Part shown: positions 29,413 through 38,529 of the stretch, piece by piece
Position numbering within the stretch: position 1 is the first letter of the stretch
Layout: each line of letters opens with the position of its first letter
Assembly: GCA_964388445.1 (NCBI GenBank)
Contig: CAYMAI010000001.1
Location: 336,215 to 400,214 of the forward strand
DNA from: an uncultured Planctomycetia bacterium
GTDB taxonomy: Bacteria > 4484-113 > JAGGVC01
DNA: 64,000 nucleotides
Reading direction: 5' to 3'
The notes under the pieces: generated by a model
What the model saw: only the letters and a program-made list of their open reading frames with translations
Database searches by the model: none
What the model was told of the DNA's origin: nothing
Position numbers and translations under genes: made by a program

Positions 29413-29472
29413 GGCGCCTCCCGCGTGGATTATATCAAAGCCGCATCGGGAAGCGCGCCTGCCGCCGCCGGC

Positions 29473-29760
29473 TTATCTGTCATGGGCGTGAACGTTGAAC
29501 AGAAGCGACTGCAGGAAATAGAACATCGTCATCGCGATAGCGGCTACGAAAACGATGAGGAGTTTGTTGAGGGACGCGGTCCAATAGGCGCTGACGCCGG
29601 TTACCTCGAATAAGAGGTATGCGGTGAACGCCGACACGCCGAGCGCCAGAATTTTCTTCAAAAAAGCCAGCTTGGCGGGAAGCAGCCATATGACAACTCC
29701 GCCCGCAAGCCAGAGCACGACGACGAACTGCCAAAAGTAAACTTTCACCATTTCGACCAT
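29473..29760 (-). CDS. Small membrane protein
   Basis: 95 aa, three hydrophobic helices; between TrkA-like gene and secreted protein gene. Confidence 0.4.
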   Translation of the reverse strand: MVEMVKVYFWQFVVVLWLAGGVVIWLLPAKLAFLKKILALGVSAFTAYLLFEVTGVSAYWTASLNKLLIVFVAAIAMTMFYFLQSLLFNVHAHDR

Positions 29761-29823
29761 TGATCAGACACCTCTCCAAGCCCGCTTCAAAGTGCCATCC
29801 CCAACGTTAAATAATACCCCGGC

Positions 29824-30477
29824 TTACCCGAAATGATGCAGAAATTTTTCAATATCCGAATCGGTTCCAATGACCCACAAATGAGAATCAGCCGGTATTT
29901 CCCCGTCAGGATTGGGATTTACGTCAAGTTTGCCGCCCGTCTCCAGCGCGACCACGTTGAAACCGTGCTTTGCCCTAAGGTCTGCGCCGCGCAACGTCTT
30001 TCCGACCAGCTTTTTGGGAGTTTGAACTTTCGAAAACTTGTAGCCGCCCGGAAGGTCCACGATTTCGCCGATGGCGTGGAACTCGATTAAATGCACCAGC
30101 CGTTTCGCCATGTCCTTTTCGGGAATGATAACCTCGTCAGCCCCGACTTTTGAAAGAATGCGTGCGTGAACTTCGTCGCGCGCCTTCGCCAGAACCCGCG
30201 GCACGCCGAGCTCTTTTAGGCACATCGTGGCGAGAATGCTGGCTTCTAGGTCGCGCCCGATGGCGACGATTACGGCGTCGAAATTGGAAATGCCGACGGC
30301 TTCCAGGCTCGACGGGTCGGTCGCGTCAAGTTCCACCGCGTTTCGCGCGATGTCCGACGCCTTTTGGACGATCGACAGGTCGCGGTCGATGGCAAGCACC
30401 TCGTGCCTGTCCGCGAGAAGCGTCTCGACCGCCGCCAGCCCGAAGCGCCCAAGCCCGATTACAGCGTATTGACCCAT
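29824..30477 (-). CDS. TrkA/KtrA-like RCK regulatory protein (TrkA-N plus TrkA-C)
   Basis: From internal ATG: MGQYAVIGLGRFGLAAVETL... Rossmann TrkA-N motif and C-terminal TrkA-C-like segment. Confidence 0.8.
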   Translation of the reverse strand: MGQYAVIGLGRFGLAAVETLLADRHEVLAIDRDLSIVQKASDIARNAVELDATDPSSLEAVGISNFDAVIVAIGRDLEASILATMCLKELGVPRVLAKARDEVHARILSKVGADEVIIPEKDMAKRLVHLIEFHAIGEIVDLPGGYKFSKVQTPKKLVGKTLRGADLRAKHGFNVVALETGGKLDVNPNPDGEIPADSHLWVIGTDSDIEKFLHHFG

Positions 30478-30673
30478 AGGGTTGACCCGCCGCAATTATA
30501 TCACGCGACGCCGCCACAACCGGAGCGCGATTGAAGGCCGATTCGGCTCCAGAACTTGGCCGGTTCGGCTGGCCGGAATACGCTTAAGGTATCAAGCGCC
30601 AAGAGCGCCCCGGCGGGAGAGGCCGCCGGAGCGCCGTAAACTGGGCGTCAACCCATCAATCTAGCGCGACGAG

Positions 30674-31279
30674 TCAGGAACCTTCGGGGGGGAGGACGGT
30701 GATGGGTATCAGTAAGTAAGTTGCATGTTCGTGATTTGGTCTAAGGCTAGAGCCTTGCCAATCTCCATTAATCGCTGGAATTCCATTGCCGTATTCATAC
30801 GAAACACCCAATCCGCCCCATTCGGCGGAATCCGCTGTCGGAATTTCCAGCATATACTCACCTTTCGCTAGTCCATCGATATAATACGAAACTGATGTCT
30901 TAGAAGGTTTCACAATGCCCACAACCCGAACCCAAGTGGTTAATCTGATAATCCCGGCGGAATTAGGTTTCAATGGCAAGGCACTTTCAAGGAAATACTC
31001 CTTAAGCGCGTCCGGAAATCTGTCTGCCGAAACTTCCAAATCAACCTTAAAAGCCTCTCCTTCGCGAATCTTATCTGGAATGGTTACCTCCTTGACGTAA
31101 GGTAAATATTCCGCAACACCAAAACCGCCGGGGGTGGCATAGCCGATTTTGCAGGAACTTGAAAAGCAAAAAACAGCAAATGCAAGGGTAAACACGGTAA
31201 TGGTCAAATGCCCGCAAGCGTCGGAGAAATTAGGTTTGTTGTTCATGTTCATTGCCTGTTTGTTACGTAAGTTAAACAT
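30674..31279 (-). CDS. Lipoprotein of PITVLPxEES family (member L2)
   Basis: Lipobox (FCFSSSC), EYLPYV, TADSAEWGG, C-terminal PITVLPPEGS; start may be an internal Met (31252 or 31246). Confidence 0.6.
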   Translation of the reverse strand: MFNLRNKQAMNMNNKPNFSDACGHLTITVFTLAFAVFCFSSSCKIGYATPGGFGVAEYLPYVKEVTIPDKIREGEAFKVDLEVSADRFPDALKEYFLESALPLKPNSAGIIRLTTWVRVVGIVKPSKTSVSYYIDGLAKGEYMLEIPTADSAEWGGLGVSYEYGNGIPAINGDWQGSSLRPNHEHATYLLIPITVLPPEGS

Positions 31280-31285
31280 TTCAGG

Positions 31286-31795
31286 TCAGGATTCTTCGGC
31301 GGGAAGAACGGTGATGGGGAATTCCAAAGTTGTCTCGTGCTCGTGTTTAGGCCTATCCCTACCATAAAATCCATAATACTTAATTTCGGTGCCCCCCCAT
31401 TCCTCTGAATCCGCAGTTGCAATTACAAGTATGTATGTACCTGCGCTTAGTGGCGGAATTGAAACCGAAATTGAAGATCGCAAAGGGGAACTTGCGAAAT
31501 CGAAAGGATCATATTGCATCCATGTGCTTACTAGAATCTTGTCTCCCGGCATATAAGTGTAATTTGCAGGATCGCTCTCGCCCGCCATAAAACCCCGAAG
31601 TGCATTGGGATTGCGCAATGCTGAGACTTGCAGTATGACATCAAATTCTTCATCTTCAAAAAGATATTCAGGGACAATTGCAGACTCCACAAATGGAAGA
31701 TATTCCCTATTCCAATTGGGAACAGGGCCTGCAATTCCGCGGTTACTGCACGAAGTCAATGTCAAGCTCATCAGACACAGCAAGACAAATCTCAT
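31286..31795 (-). CDS. Lipoprotein of PITVLPxEES family (member L3)
   Basis: Start set at internal ATG 31795 (MRFVLLCLMSLTLTSC, SD-like AAGGTGG upstream) rather than track start 31897, which would overlap the peptidase; EYLPFV, TADSEEWGG, PITVLPAEES. Confidence 0.6.
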   Translation of the reverse strand: MRFVLLCLMSLTLTSCSNRGIAGPVPNWNREYLPFVESAIVPEYLFEDEEFDVILQVSALRNPNALRGFMAGESDPANYTYMPGDKILVSTWMQYDPFDFASSPLRSSISVSIPPLSAGTYILVIATADSEEWGGTEIKYYGFYGRDRPKHEHETTLEFPITVLPAEES

Positions 31796-31853
31796 GTACA
31801 GCTTACCACCTTGTTGTTGAGCGTGTGGGTGTATGTTTCTCATTCCTAACCTC

Positions 31854-33782
31854 CTACCATCCATTGATTGCAGCGTAGTAATTTGCAATGCCAGCAATTG
31901 GCACTGCTCCGGTTTGATCCAAGTCCCGTCTGCGAGTATTTACTATTCTTGCTTGAACTTGGATATAGGTTGAGTCTGGGCGAATTCGGTACAAATGAAA
32001 TGCAAGCGATGAAACTTGTGGTGCACATGCGGATGTCCCATTAAAGTGATCGTAGCCGGAAAAAGGTATTGTTGATAAATGGCGACTTCCAGACATGAAA
32101 TCCATAAAGTCATATATTCCCGATACCGGATAGGTTGTGTAGTTATCGCTGAAATAGTTAGAACCGTTGCCGATTTCTCCCGTGTCCCACTGAGTTCCGT
32201 AAAAGTTTGTCCTAAGCCCACTCACGCCTAAAACGTTGTCATGCGCCGCGGGATATGTGCGCAAGTGCTTGCGCTCGTTTCCAGCGCTTGCAACATATAA
32301 CCGATCGTTTCGCCTTAGATCAAGCGATATTTCATCCTTCATGGTCTTCGGAGGATTCCAGTCCATGTACTTCCATCCTCCACCAAAACTCATATTGACT
32401 ACTCTTACCTTCTCTCTCCAATTGAGATGAGGCTGTCGTGGATCGTGATGAAATTCGAACCTTAGCGCTCTTATTGCTTTTAGCATCGAACCTGCAGTAA
32501 ACTTTTCCAAATATCCATCGACAATATTGTCAACCTTTAATCGTATGGGGAGAATTTTTGCATTTGGAGCCATGCTTGCAGTGCCGATGGAGTTGTTCGT
32601 AGCAGCCGAAATAATTCCCGCAACATTTGTACCATGTTTTGCCAGATTTCCGGTAACAGGATCGATAAATGTAGGCTCTCCCTTACCTTTGCCTACTTCA
32701 TAGGACTTATCCCAGCAGTCGACACCGATGTTGCTAATATGCCAATCTCGAACTCCTCCACCTTGAGTTGGACCGTTCAGATCTGGATGGTTTCTATAAA
32801 CCCCCGAATCAATGACCGCAACCATTTGGTCCGAAAAATTAGCGCTTCCTTGACCCCCTTCGGGCCCATAAGGTATTTGAGGAATCTGGTTCACGAAAAA
32901 GTGATTGATATAAAGCGCTTTGTTGCTGGTGTAATGCGTGTCGTTCGGAGGAGGATAATCTGCGGTATATTCGTCCATTGTATTTGGCTGAGCCTGTTCA
33001 ATCTTCTGATGAGTGCTGAAATATGCGTAAGCGAGGTCGAATGTAGAAAATCTTTCCTCAGTGAATCTAAACTGAAACCATGCGATTGAATTTCCCTCTT
33101 CTGGTTCTTCCGGCCCTTCAAACCAAGAAAAGATTACGTAAAGATCGTTAGCGGCAATGAAATTGCTAATTTCCTGCTCCGTCACTTCCTGCTTGAATAA
33201 CACAATCATCTCGTCTTCAGCGATTTCGAATTCCCCGCCAGCGGGTGCAGTCCAAATAATTGTCTCCGGTGATTCTTCATTATAGTTTGTAGTAAAAAAG
33301 TCCTGCAGAGGTTCGTTAGTTACCAGAATGTTTCCGTTGGGCAGTTGATACGTGCCTGTAAACGGATCGGGACTTGAGAGGCGGTTAACGGTAACAAATT
33401 GCCCCGGAGAAATCTCGACAACGCTTTGGGAGATTACAGGACCCCAGGGATTAATCTGGTCCAAATAAGGATCCAACAGCGATTGCGGATCACCGATAGG
33501 ACCTGCTATCTGCCTTTCCCAGCCTTCAGGCGGGTCGCCGCCGCTATCGAATGGCCCTTCGCCTCCGCCACCGGGATCGTTAGCAATTGCGGTTTGCCGA
33601 GTTTTCTCTGGGTCTTTGGAATCGGCACCATCCTGCGATTGCTGCGAATCGATTCTTGCCCCTGCGGTCATCTTGGCGTCCCTGTCACAAGACATCAGCG
33701 CAAAGGCGCACATCATTACAAGGGCGAGTAAAACTACCCCCCCCCCCCAGCCGGGGGCAAACGAAAACTTGGACTTTTTCAT
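31854..33782 (-). CDS. S8-family (subtilisin-like) serine peptidase, lipoprotein
   Basis: Catalytic triad motifs AVIDSGV, HGTNVAGII, GTSACAP; lipobox ALMSC; first ~40 aa and upstream leader nucleotide-identical to the peptidase at 55161..56912; 12-nt G run in signal-peptide codons. Confidence 0.85.
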   Translation of the reverse strand: MKKSKFSFAPGWGGGVVLLALVMMCAFALMSCDRDAKMTAGARIDSQQSQDGADSKDPEKTRQTAIANDPGGGGEGPFDSGGDPPEGWERQIAGPIGDPQSLLDPYLDQINPWGPVISQSVVEISPGQFVTVNRLSSPDPFTGTYQLPNGNILVTNEPLQDFFTTNYNEESPETIIWTAPAGGEFEIAEDEMIVLFKQEVTEQEISNFIAANDLYVIFSWFEGPEEPEEGNSIAWFQFRFTEERFSTFDLAYAYFSTHQKIEQAQPNTMDEYTADYPPPNDTHYTSNKALYINHFFVNQIPQIPYGPEGGQGSANFSDQMVAVIDSGVYRNHPDLNGPTQGGGVRDWHISNIGVDCWDKSYEVGKGKGEPTFIDPVTGNLAKHGTNVAGIISAATNNSIGTASMAPNAKILPIRLKVDNIVDGYLEKFTAGSMLKAIRALRFEFHHDPRQPHLNWREKVRVVNMSFGGGWKYMDWNPPKTMKDEISLDLRRNDRLYVASAGNERKHLRTYPAAHDNVLGVSGLRTNFYGTQWDTGEIGNGSNYFSDNYTTYPVSGIYDFMDFMSGSRHLSTIPFSGYDHFNGTSACAPQVSSLAFHLYRIRPDSTYIQVQARIVNTRRRDLDQTGAVPIAGIANYYAAINGW

Positions 33783-34228
33783 GTCCTACTCCTTTGGTTG
33801 AATTTTGAAATATCGCGTACGCTTGGGCGGGCGTTCTTACGCCGCGCCGCGCGCATCATCGCCGCTTTCGAGCGAATCCTTAATAGACCTTCTCTACCAA
33901 AACTCTCTCCGTCCACATTCCCGCTCCGAACTTCCGGAATCCGATTTCCAAATTCGCAAACCCGCTTGTTTCCCAATTCGCAATCCAGTTTGGCGTTTTC
34001 CACGCTCCGGGTTTAAACAACGCTCCCGGTTTAATAAGAAACACAATCTCCCGCTTCGCTTTGCATCTTGAATACACCTCAGAGTGCGCCACCGCATCCT
34101 TGGCGCACAACGGGATTTTACCCCGATTTGCAGGTTTTAAACCGGCATCAGGCTCGCGTAAATAATCACAATCCCAAGCCGCGGGAAAGCGGAGAAGCTT
34201 TTGTATAAATTTGTATAACCGGTCCGCG
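33783..34228 (-). repeat. Conserved leader/promoter element, copy 2 of 3
   Basis: Identical or near-identical to 56913..57352 and 25106..25487; identity continues into the peptidase coding region to about 33660. Confidence 0.85.
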
Positions 34229-34304
34229 AATCGAAGTCGATTAACAAGGTTGCACAAATCGAATCGGCAGATAACTATTTCGCAGCCATGCAAAAAGCCT
34301 GTCG

Positions 34305-35603
34305 TTACAGCCTGTCGGCTTCGGTTAAATCGGGCTTTCCGCCAAGGTAATTGCGAAGCGCGTCCGGCACGTCAACGCCGCCGTCCGGGCGCTGATAGTT
34401 TTCGAGAATCGCAGCGTACAGCCGCGGCAGCGCAAGCCCGCTTGCGTTCAGCGTATGCGCGAAAAACGGCTTGCCGGTGTTAGGGTCGCGATAGCGGATG
34501 TTCGCACGCCGCGCCTGATAGTCCTCGTAGTTGCTCGAACTCGACACTTCCTGCCAGCTGCCGTCGCTCGGCAGCCACACTTCGAGGTCGTAAGTTTTCG
34601 CGCTGCCGAAAGTCATATCGCCCGTCGGCAAAAGCGTGCGCCTGAACGGCAAATTCAGTTTTTTGAGAATCGCTTCGGCTTCGGCAGTCAGCCCTTCGTG
34701 ACGCTCGTAGCTTGCGACCGGCGTCGTGAAGTTGACTAGCTCTACCTTGTCGAATTGATGGACGCGAATAAGCCCGCGCACAGCCTTGCCATGGCTGCCC
34801 GCCTCGCGCCTGAAGCACGCGGTATACGCGCAAAATTTAATCGGCGTTTCGAGATTGTCGAGAATGGTGTCGCGATAGTAATTCGTGACCGGCACTTCGG
34901 CGGTGGGGATAAGATACATTTTCCCGTCTTCGAGTCCGTACATATCTTCCGCGAATTTCGGAAGCTGGCCCGTCCCTACCATCGAATCGGCAAGCACGAT
35001 GTATGGCGCGCTTAGCTGCACGTATCTGTGCTCCGTCTGATGAACGTCGAGCATGAATTGGATAATCGCCTGTTGAAGCCGTGCGCCCCAGCCGCGGAAG
35101 AAATAATAGCCGTGGCCGCTTACCCTGGCGCCGGCTTCGAAATCGATAAGCCCAAGGCGGCCCGAAATGTCGAGGTGGTCTTTGGGCTCGAAATCGAACG
35201 TACGCTTTTCGCCCCACTCAGAAACGATTTTTTTGTCGTCTTCGTTCAAGCCGTAGGGCACGGATGGGTGCGGAATGTTCGGGAATTCCAGCAAGAGCCG
35301 CTCTGTACGGTCGCGAAGTTCGGTAAGCTCGTCTTCCATCGCCTTGATGTGAAGCGAAAGCGTTTTCATCGCGTCGATGCGGGGGACGGCTTCCTGCCTT
35401 TTGCCGGCTTTCTGCAGCTCGCCGATTTCCTTCGATTCCTTGTTTCGCTGTTCCTGTAACTCGTTAAGCGTTTGCTGCGTTCGGCGCGCTTCCTCGTCAA
35501 TGGCGAGAAACTTGTCAACGAGTTTCGGAAAATCGTGTCCGCGCTTCGACAGCGCGTCCTTCGCCTCCGCCGGGTGCTCCCGAATGAACTTGCGGTCAAG
35601 CAT
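34305..35603 (-). CDS. serS: Seryl-tRNA synthetase
   Basis: 432 aa with N-terminal coiled-coil arm and class II aaRS core; clear SerRS-like sequence. Confidence 0.95.
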   Translation of the reverse strand: MLDRKFIREHPAEAKDALSKRGHDFPKLVDKFLAIDEEARRTQQTLNELQEQRNKESKEIGELQKAGKRQEAVPRIDAMKTLSLHIKAMEDELTELRDRTERLLLEFPNIPHPSVPYGLNEDDKKIVSEWGEKRTFDFEPKDHLDISGRLGLIDFEAGARVSGHGYYFFRGWGARLQQAIIQFMLDVHQTEHRYVQLSAPYIVLADSMVGTGQLPKFAEDMYGLEDGKMYLIPTAEVPVTNYYRDTILDNLETPIKFCAYTACFRREAGSHGKAVRGLIRVHQFDKVELVNFTTPVASYERHEGLTAEAEAILKKLNLPFRRTLLPTGDMTFGSAKTYDLEVWLPSDGSWQEVSSSSNYEDYQARRANIRYRDPNTGKPFFAHTLNASGLALPRLYAAILENYQRPDGGVDVPDALRNYLGGKPDLTEADRL

Positions 35604-35838
35604 TCAAATACCCCAGCAGGCCGCCTTCCGCCACCTTGCCTTCCGGCACGAGTATTTCGGCCAGCGTGCCCTCGGCTTCCGCTTCGCATACTACGGTCGC
35701 CTTGTCGGTTTCGACTTCGAAAAGTTCGTCGCCCATTTTGACCAAATCGCCGACGTTTTTCAGCCAGCCGCTAAGTTCGATTTCCTGGCTCGCCATCCCG
35801 ATTTCCGGCATGCGTATTTCGATTTTCGCGGTGTTCAT
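35596..35838 (-). CDS. Stand-alone lipoyl-attachment (biotin/lipoyl-type) domain protein
   Basis: 80 aa with hybrid-barrel pattern and ETDKA lysine motif (LFEVETDKATVV). Confidence 0.6.
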   Translation of the reverse strand: MNTAKIEIRMPEIGMASQEIELSGWLKNVGDLVKMGDELFEVETDKATVVCEAEAEGTLAEILVPEGKVAEGGLLGYLNA

Positions 35839-36269
35839 TTTGCGCTCCCGGCAACCTGCGATTCGTGGCTTTCCGCGGCGTACTTACGTACGCTTTGGGC
35901 GATGCTTTCAAGTTTGGTTCCCGGTCCCATCACTTCCTTCACGCCCGCCGCGACGAGAGCGGCCGCGTCTTCGCCGGGAATGATTCCGCCCGCGAGAACG
36001 GCGATATGCCCCGCTCCGCGGTCCCGCAGCTTTTGCACGATGGCCGGCACCAGCGTCAAATGCGCGCCGGAAAGTATGGACAGACAAAGAACAGCGGCGT
36101 CTTCTTCGATACAGGCGCGGACAATTTGGTCCGGCGTTTGATGAAGCCCGGTGTAAATCACTTCCATACCGGCATCCCGCAGCGCGCGGGCGACGACTTT
36201 CGCGCCGCGATCGTGGCCGTCCAAGCCGGGTTTCGCAACCACCACTCTGATTGTTCGCACAATTTCCAT
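35835..36269 (-). CDS. Cobalamin (B12)-binding domain protein (mutase small-subunit-like)
   Basis: 144 aa Rossmann-like domain with DxHxxG B12-binding motif (KPGLDGHDRGAKVV). Confidence 0.65.
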   Translation of the reverse strand: MEIVRTIRVVVAKPGLDGHDRGAKVVARALRDAGMEVIYTGLHQTPDQIVRACIEEDAAVLCLSILSGAHLTLVPAIVQKLRDRGAGHIAVLAGGIIPGEDAAALVAAGVKEVMGPGTKLESIAQSVRKYAAESHESQVAGSAK

Positions 36270-36788
36270 TTTCTCACCGCAAGGCGCGCATCCGCGCCGC
36301 CTCGCAACCGCGAATTTTACACCAGCAAGGGCGCTTCGGCAAAATAGAGCTTAGAGGCGGATAAAACTAAAATTTTCCAAAAGTCGCGGTTTTGGGTTTG
36401 CTTTAAAAATTCAGCCAGTTCAAAAAGCCTTCTCCAGTCGAGCCTGCATCTTGAATAAAACCTATAGGCAAACCGCGGGAAATGTCCTAACCCGCGTGGA
36501 CAGGCGCCGAAACTCATTCGGTTTCCGTGGATTCGGGATCGTCTTCGAGCAATGCAATGACAAGTTTGCGAATTCGTTCCATTAAGGTTGCCATGTCGGG
36601 AGCTTGGGTTCTGCAACTTCTATCGGACGGAACGCTTGCTATGATGCAGTCCTCGTCCCGTTCGACGATTCCTTGAAGTCCTTTGGTGAGCACGTAAAAA
36701 ATATGAAGGCGGCTGTCTTTTTTGCATGCTCGATTGCTCTGCTATACTCGTAATTTCGCCGCGAGGCGCGGATTTGCGGAGCGTGTAA

Positions 36789-37622
36789 ATGGTCATAACT
36801 CAACGGCAGATTGAAGAAAGCGTACGCGAAAGCGTTGACTTCATCCGCAAGACGACGGACTTGAAACCGGACGTAGCGGTCGTTCTCGGCACGGGCACTG
36901 GCGATTTTACGAGCTTCATCAGGCGCCCGGCCGTGATTCCTTTCGCGGAAATTCCGCATTTCGGGCGCACGACCGTGGAAGGGCATCCCGGCAATCTGGT
37001 GTGCGGAAAATTCGAAGATAAATCGGTCGCGGTTTGCGCGGGCAGGTTTCACTATTACGAAGGCTATTCGATGCACGAGGTTGCCTATCCCGTGCGCGTT
37101 CTAAAGGCGCTCGGAGCGGGAACCGTAATGCTCATTAACGCGGCGGGCGGCATCAAGCGCGATATGCAGACCGGCGATTTGATGATTCTCGCGGACTACA
37201 TCAACGTAATGGGAGATTCCCCTCTCAGGGGGATTTTAACCGAGCCGCCGAGCGCGAAATTCACGCCGATGAATCGCCCGTTCGACGAGGAACTGACCGA
37301 CATAGCGTTTCGCAGCGCGGTAAGGCGCGGTTTTCGCGTGCATCGCGGAACGTACGTTGCGGTTCATGGGCCGAGTTACGAAACGGACGCCGAACTTCAG
37401 TTTTTCCACGTGATCGGCGGCGACGCGGTCGGAATGAGCACGGTGCCCGAAGTAATAATCGCGCGCCACCTTGGCATGCGATGTCTGGCGATAAGCGTCA
37501 TAACGAACCTCACGTTCGGAGCGGACAGCGTGCACGTAAGTCACAAGCAGGTTCTCGAAACCGCGCGCGGCTCGCTATCGGCGCTTCGTGAAGTGTTCAA
37601 AGATATTTTGGAAGCGATTTAG
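36789..37622 (+). CDS. Purine nucleoside phosphorylase / methylthioadenosine phosphorylase family protein
   Basis: PNP family-2 features (VVLGTGTGDF, YEGYSMHEVAYPVRVLKALG, GPSYETDAELQFFHVIGGDAVGMSTVPEV). Confidence 0.85.
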   Translation: MVITQRQIEESVRESVDFIRKTTDLKPDVAVVLGTGTGDFTSFIRRPAVIPFAEIPHFGRTTVEGHPGNLVCGKFEDKSVAVCAGRFHYYEGYSMHEVAYPVRVLKALGAGTVMLINAAGGIKRDMQTGDLMILADYINVMGDSPLRGILTEPPSAKFTPMNRPFDEELTDIAFRSAVRRGFRVHRGTYVAVHGPSYETDAELQFFHVIGGDAVGMSTVPEVIIARHLGMRCLAISVITNLTFGADSVHVSHKQVLETARGSLSALREVFKDILEAI

Positions 37623-37630
37623 CGCAAACG

Positions 37631-38443
37631 TCAAACTAAAGCCTCGGCACTGCCGCCCCGGATTCTGCGCCTTACTTTGTCCCACGAATCCGTGATGAGA
37701 AAGCTTTCCCGCGCGTTTTCGACCATCCGCTCGAAAAGCGGAAACGGCACCGCGAAACTCAATACGCCTGCGGGAACGTACGGCCTGGCGGACACGTCGA
37801 ACATTCCCAAAACTGCCCGCGGCTTTTCGGATTCCAGTTCGCGCATCGGCCAGTAAACGATCGAACCGCAACCCGCAGCGAACGGAGCGATAACCGACTG
37901 CGGCGAGTCGTCTTCAAACCCCGACAAAGTGAAAAGTCCCGAAAGTACGTCCGGCGGCGAAAAGAAAATTACCACTTGCGGGTTGTCGGCTTCGGTCAGC
38001 GCGTCCCACCTTTTAAACACCGCATACTTCGCCGGAGCCGAAAACGGCTGCCATTTGTCGAGAAGGCTAATCACGGTTTCAGGCGAGTTTTTATACCTTT
38101 CGCCCTCCATCACGCCGCGTATGCCGCTCGACAAAAAATATTCAAAGCCTTCGCGCAACTCGCCCGTATATCCGAGATAGCGCATCGCCCCGCCGCACTT
38201 GATGTTTTCGCTGCCGAGCGCCAGCCGCTCGCCGCGCCTTACGCGCGCAAGCTCGGCGATTATGCAGCGCCATTCCTTGGCGGGCTCTGCGATTTCCGCG
38301 CCGAGAGTGTCCGCCGAGTATTCGAAAGTAATCGGCAAATCCGCGCAGGGAAAAAACTCGTCCCATACGGCGGCGAAACCTTCCAAAATTCTCTTTTCCA
38401 TAACGCCCTCCGCGACGTTTTTGTCGCACTTCAAGTTTACCAC
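37631..38443 (-). CDS. Hypothetical protein
   Basis: 270 aa, no TM segments or recognised catalytic motif. Confidence 0.45.
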   Translation of the reverse strand: MVNLKCDKNVAEGVMEKRILEGFAAVWDEFFPCADLPITFEYSADTLGAEIAEPAKEWRCIIAELARVRRGERLALGSENIKCGGAMRYLGYTGELREGFEYFLSSGIRGVMEGERYKNSPETVISLLDKWQPFSAPAKYAVFKRWDALTEADNPQVVIFFSPPDVLSGLFTLSGFEDDSPQSVIAPFAAGCGSIVYWPMRELESEKPRAVLGMFDVSARPYVPAGVLSFAVPFPLFERMVENARESFLITDSWDKVRRRIRGGSAEALV

Positions 38444-38513
38444 GCGTGCCGAAGCGATTCAGCCCGAGTTTAACCTTTAATTACCGGGCTTGTGCAGATC
38501 AAATCACATGAAC

Positions 38514-38529
38514 TTTAACATATGTTAAA
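38514..38529. promoter_or_regulatory. Perfect 16-bp palindrome TTTAACATATGTTAAA (candidate operator)
   Basis: Read directly from sequence; lies in the AT-rich stretch between a minus-strand gene start and a GC-rich untranslated region. Confidence 0.3.

Noticed and set aside
36317-36616. ORF 36317..36616 (99 aa) in the divergent promoter region upstream of the PNP gene
   Set aside because: Cys/Arg-rich, no SD, sits in an intergenic region with mixed AT-rich composition; more likely promoter DNA.
37631-38443. Tentative DUF-family labels for hypothetical proteins (37631..38443, 61021..62799, 26865..29018)
   Set aside because: Family names came to mind from memory only and I could not anchor them on defining motifs; left as hypothetical.
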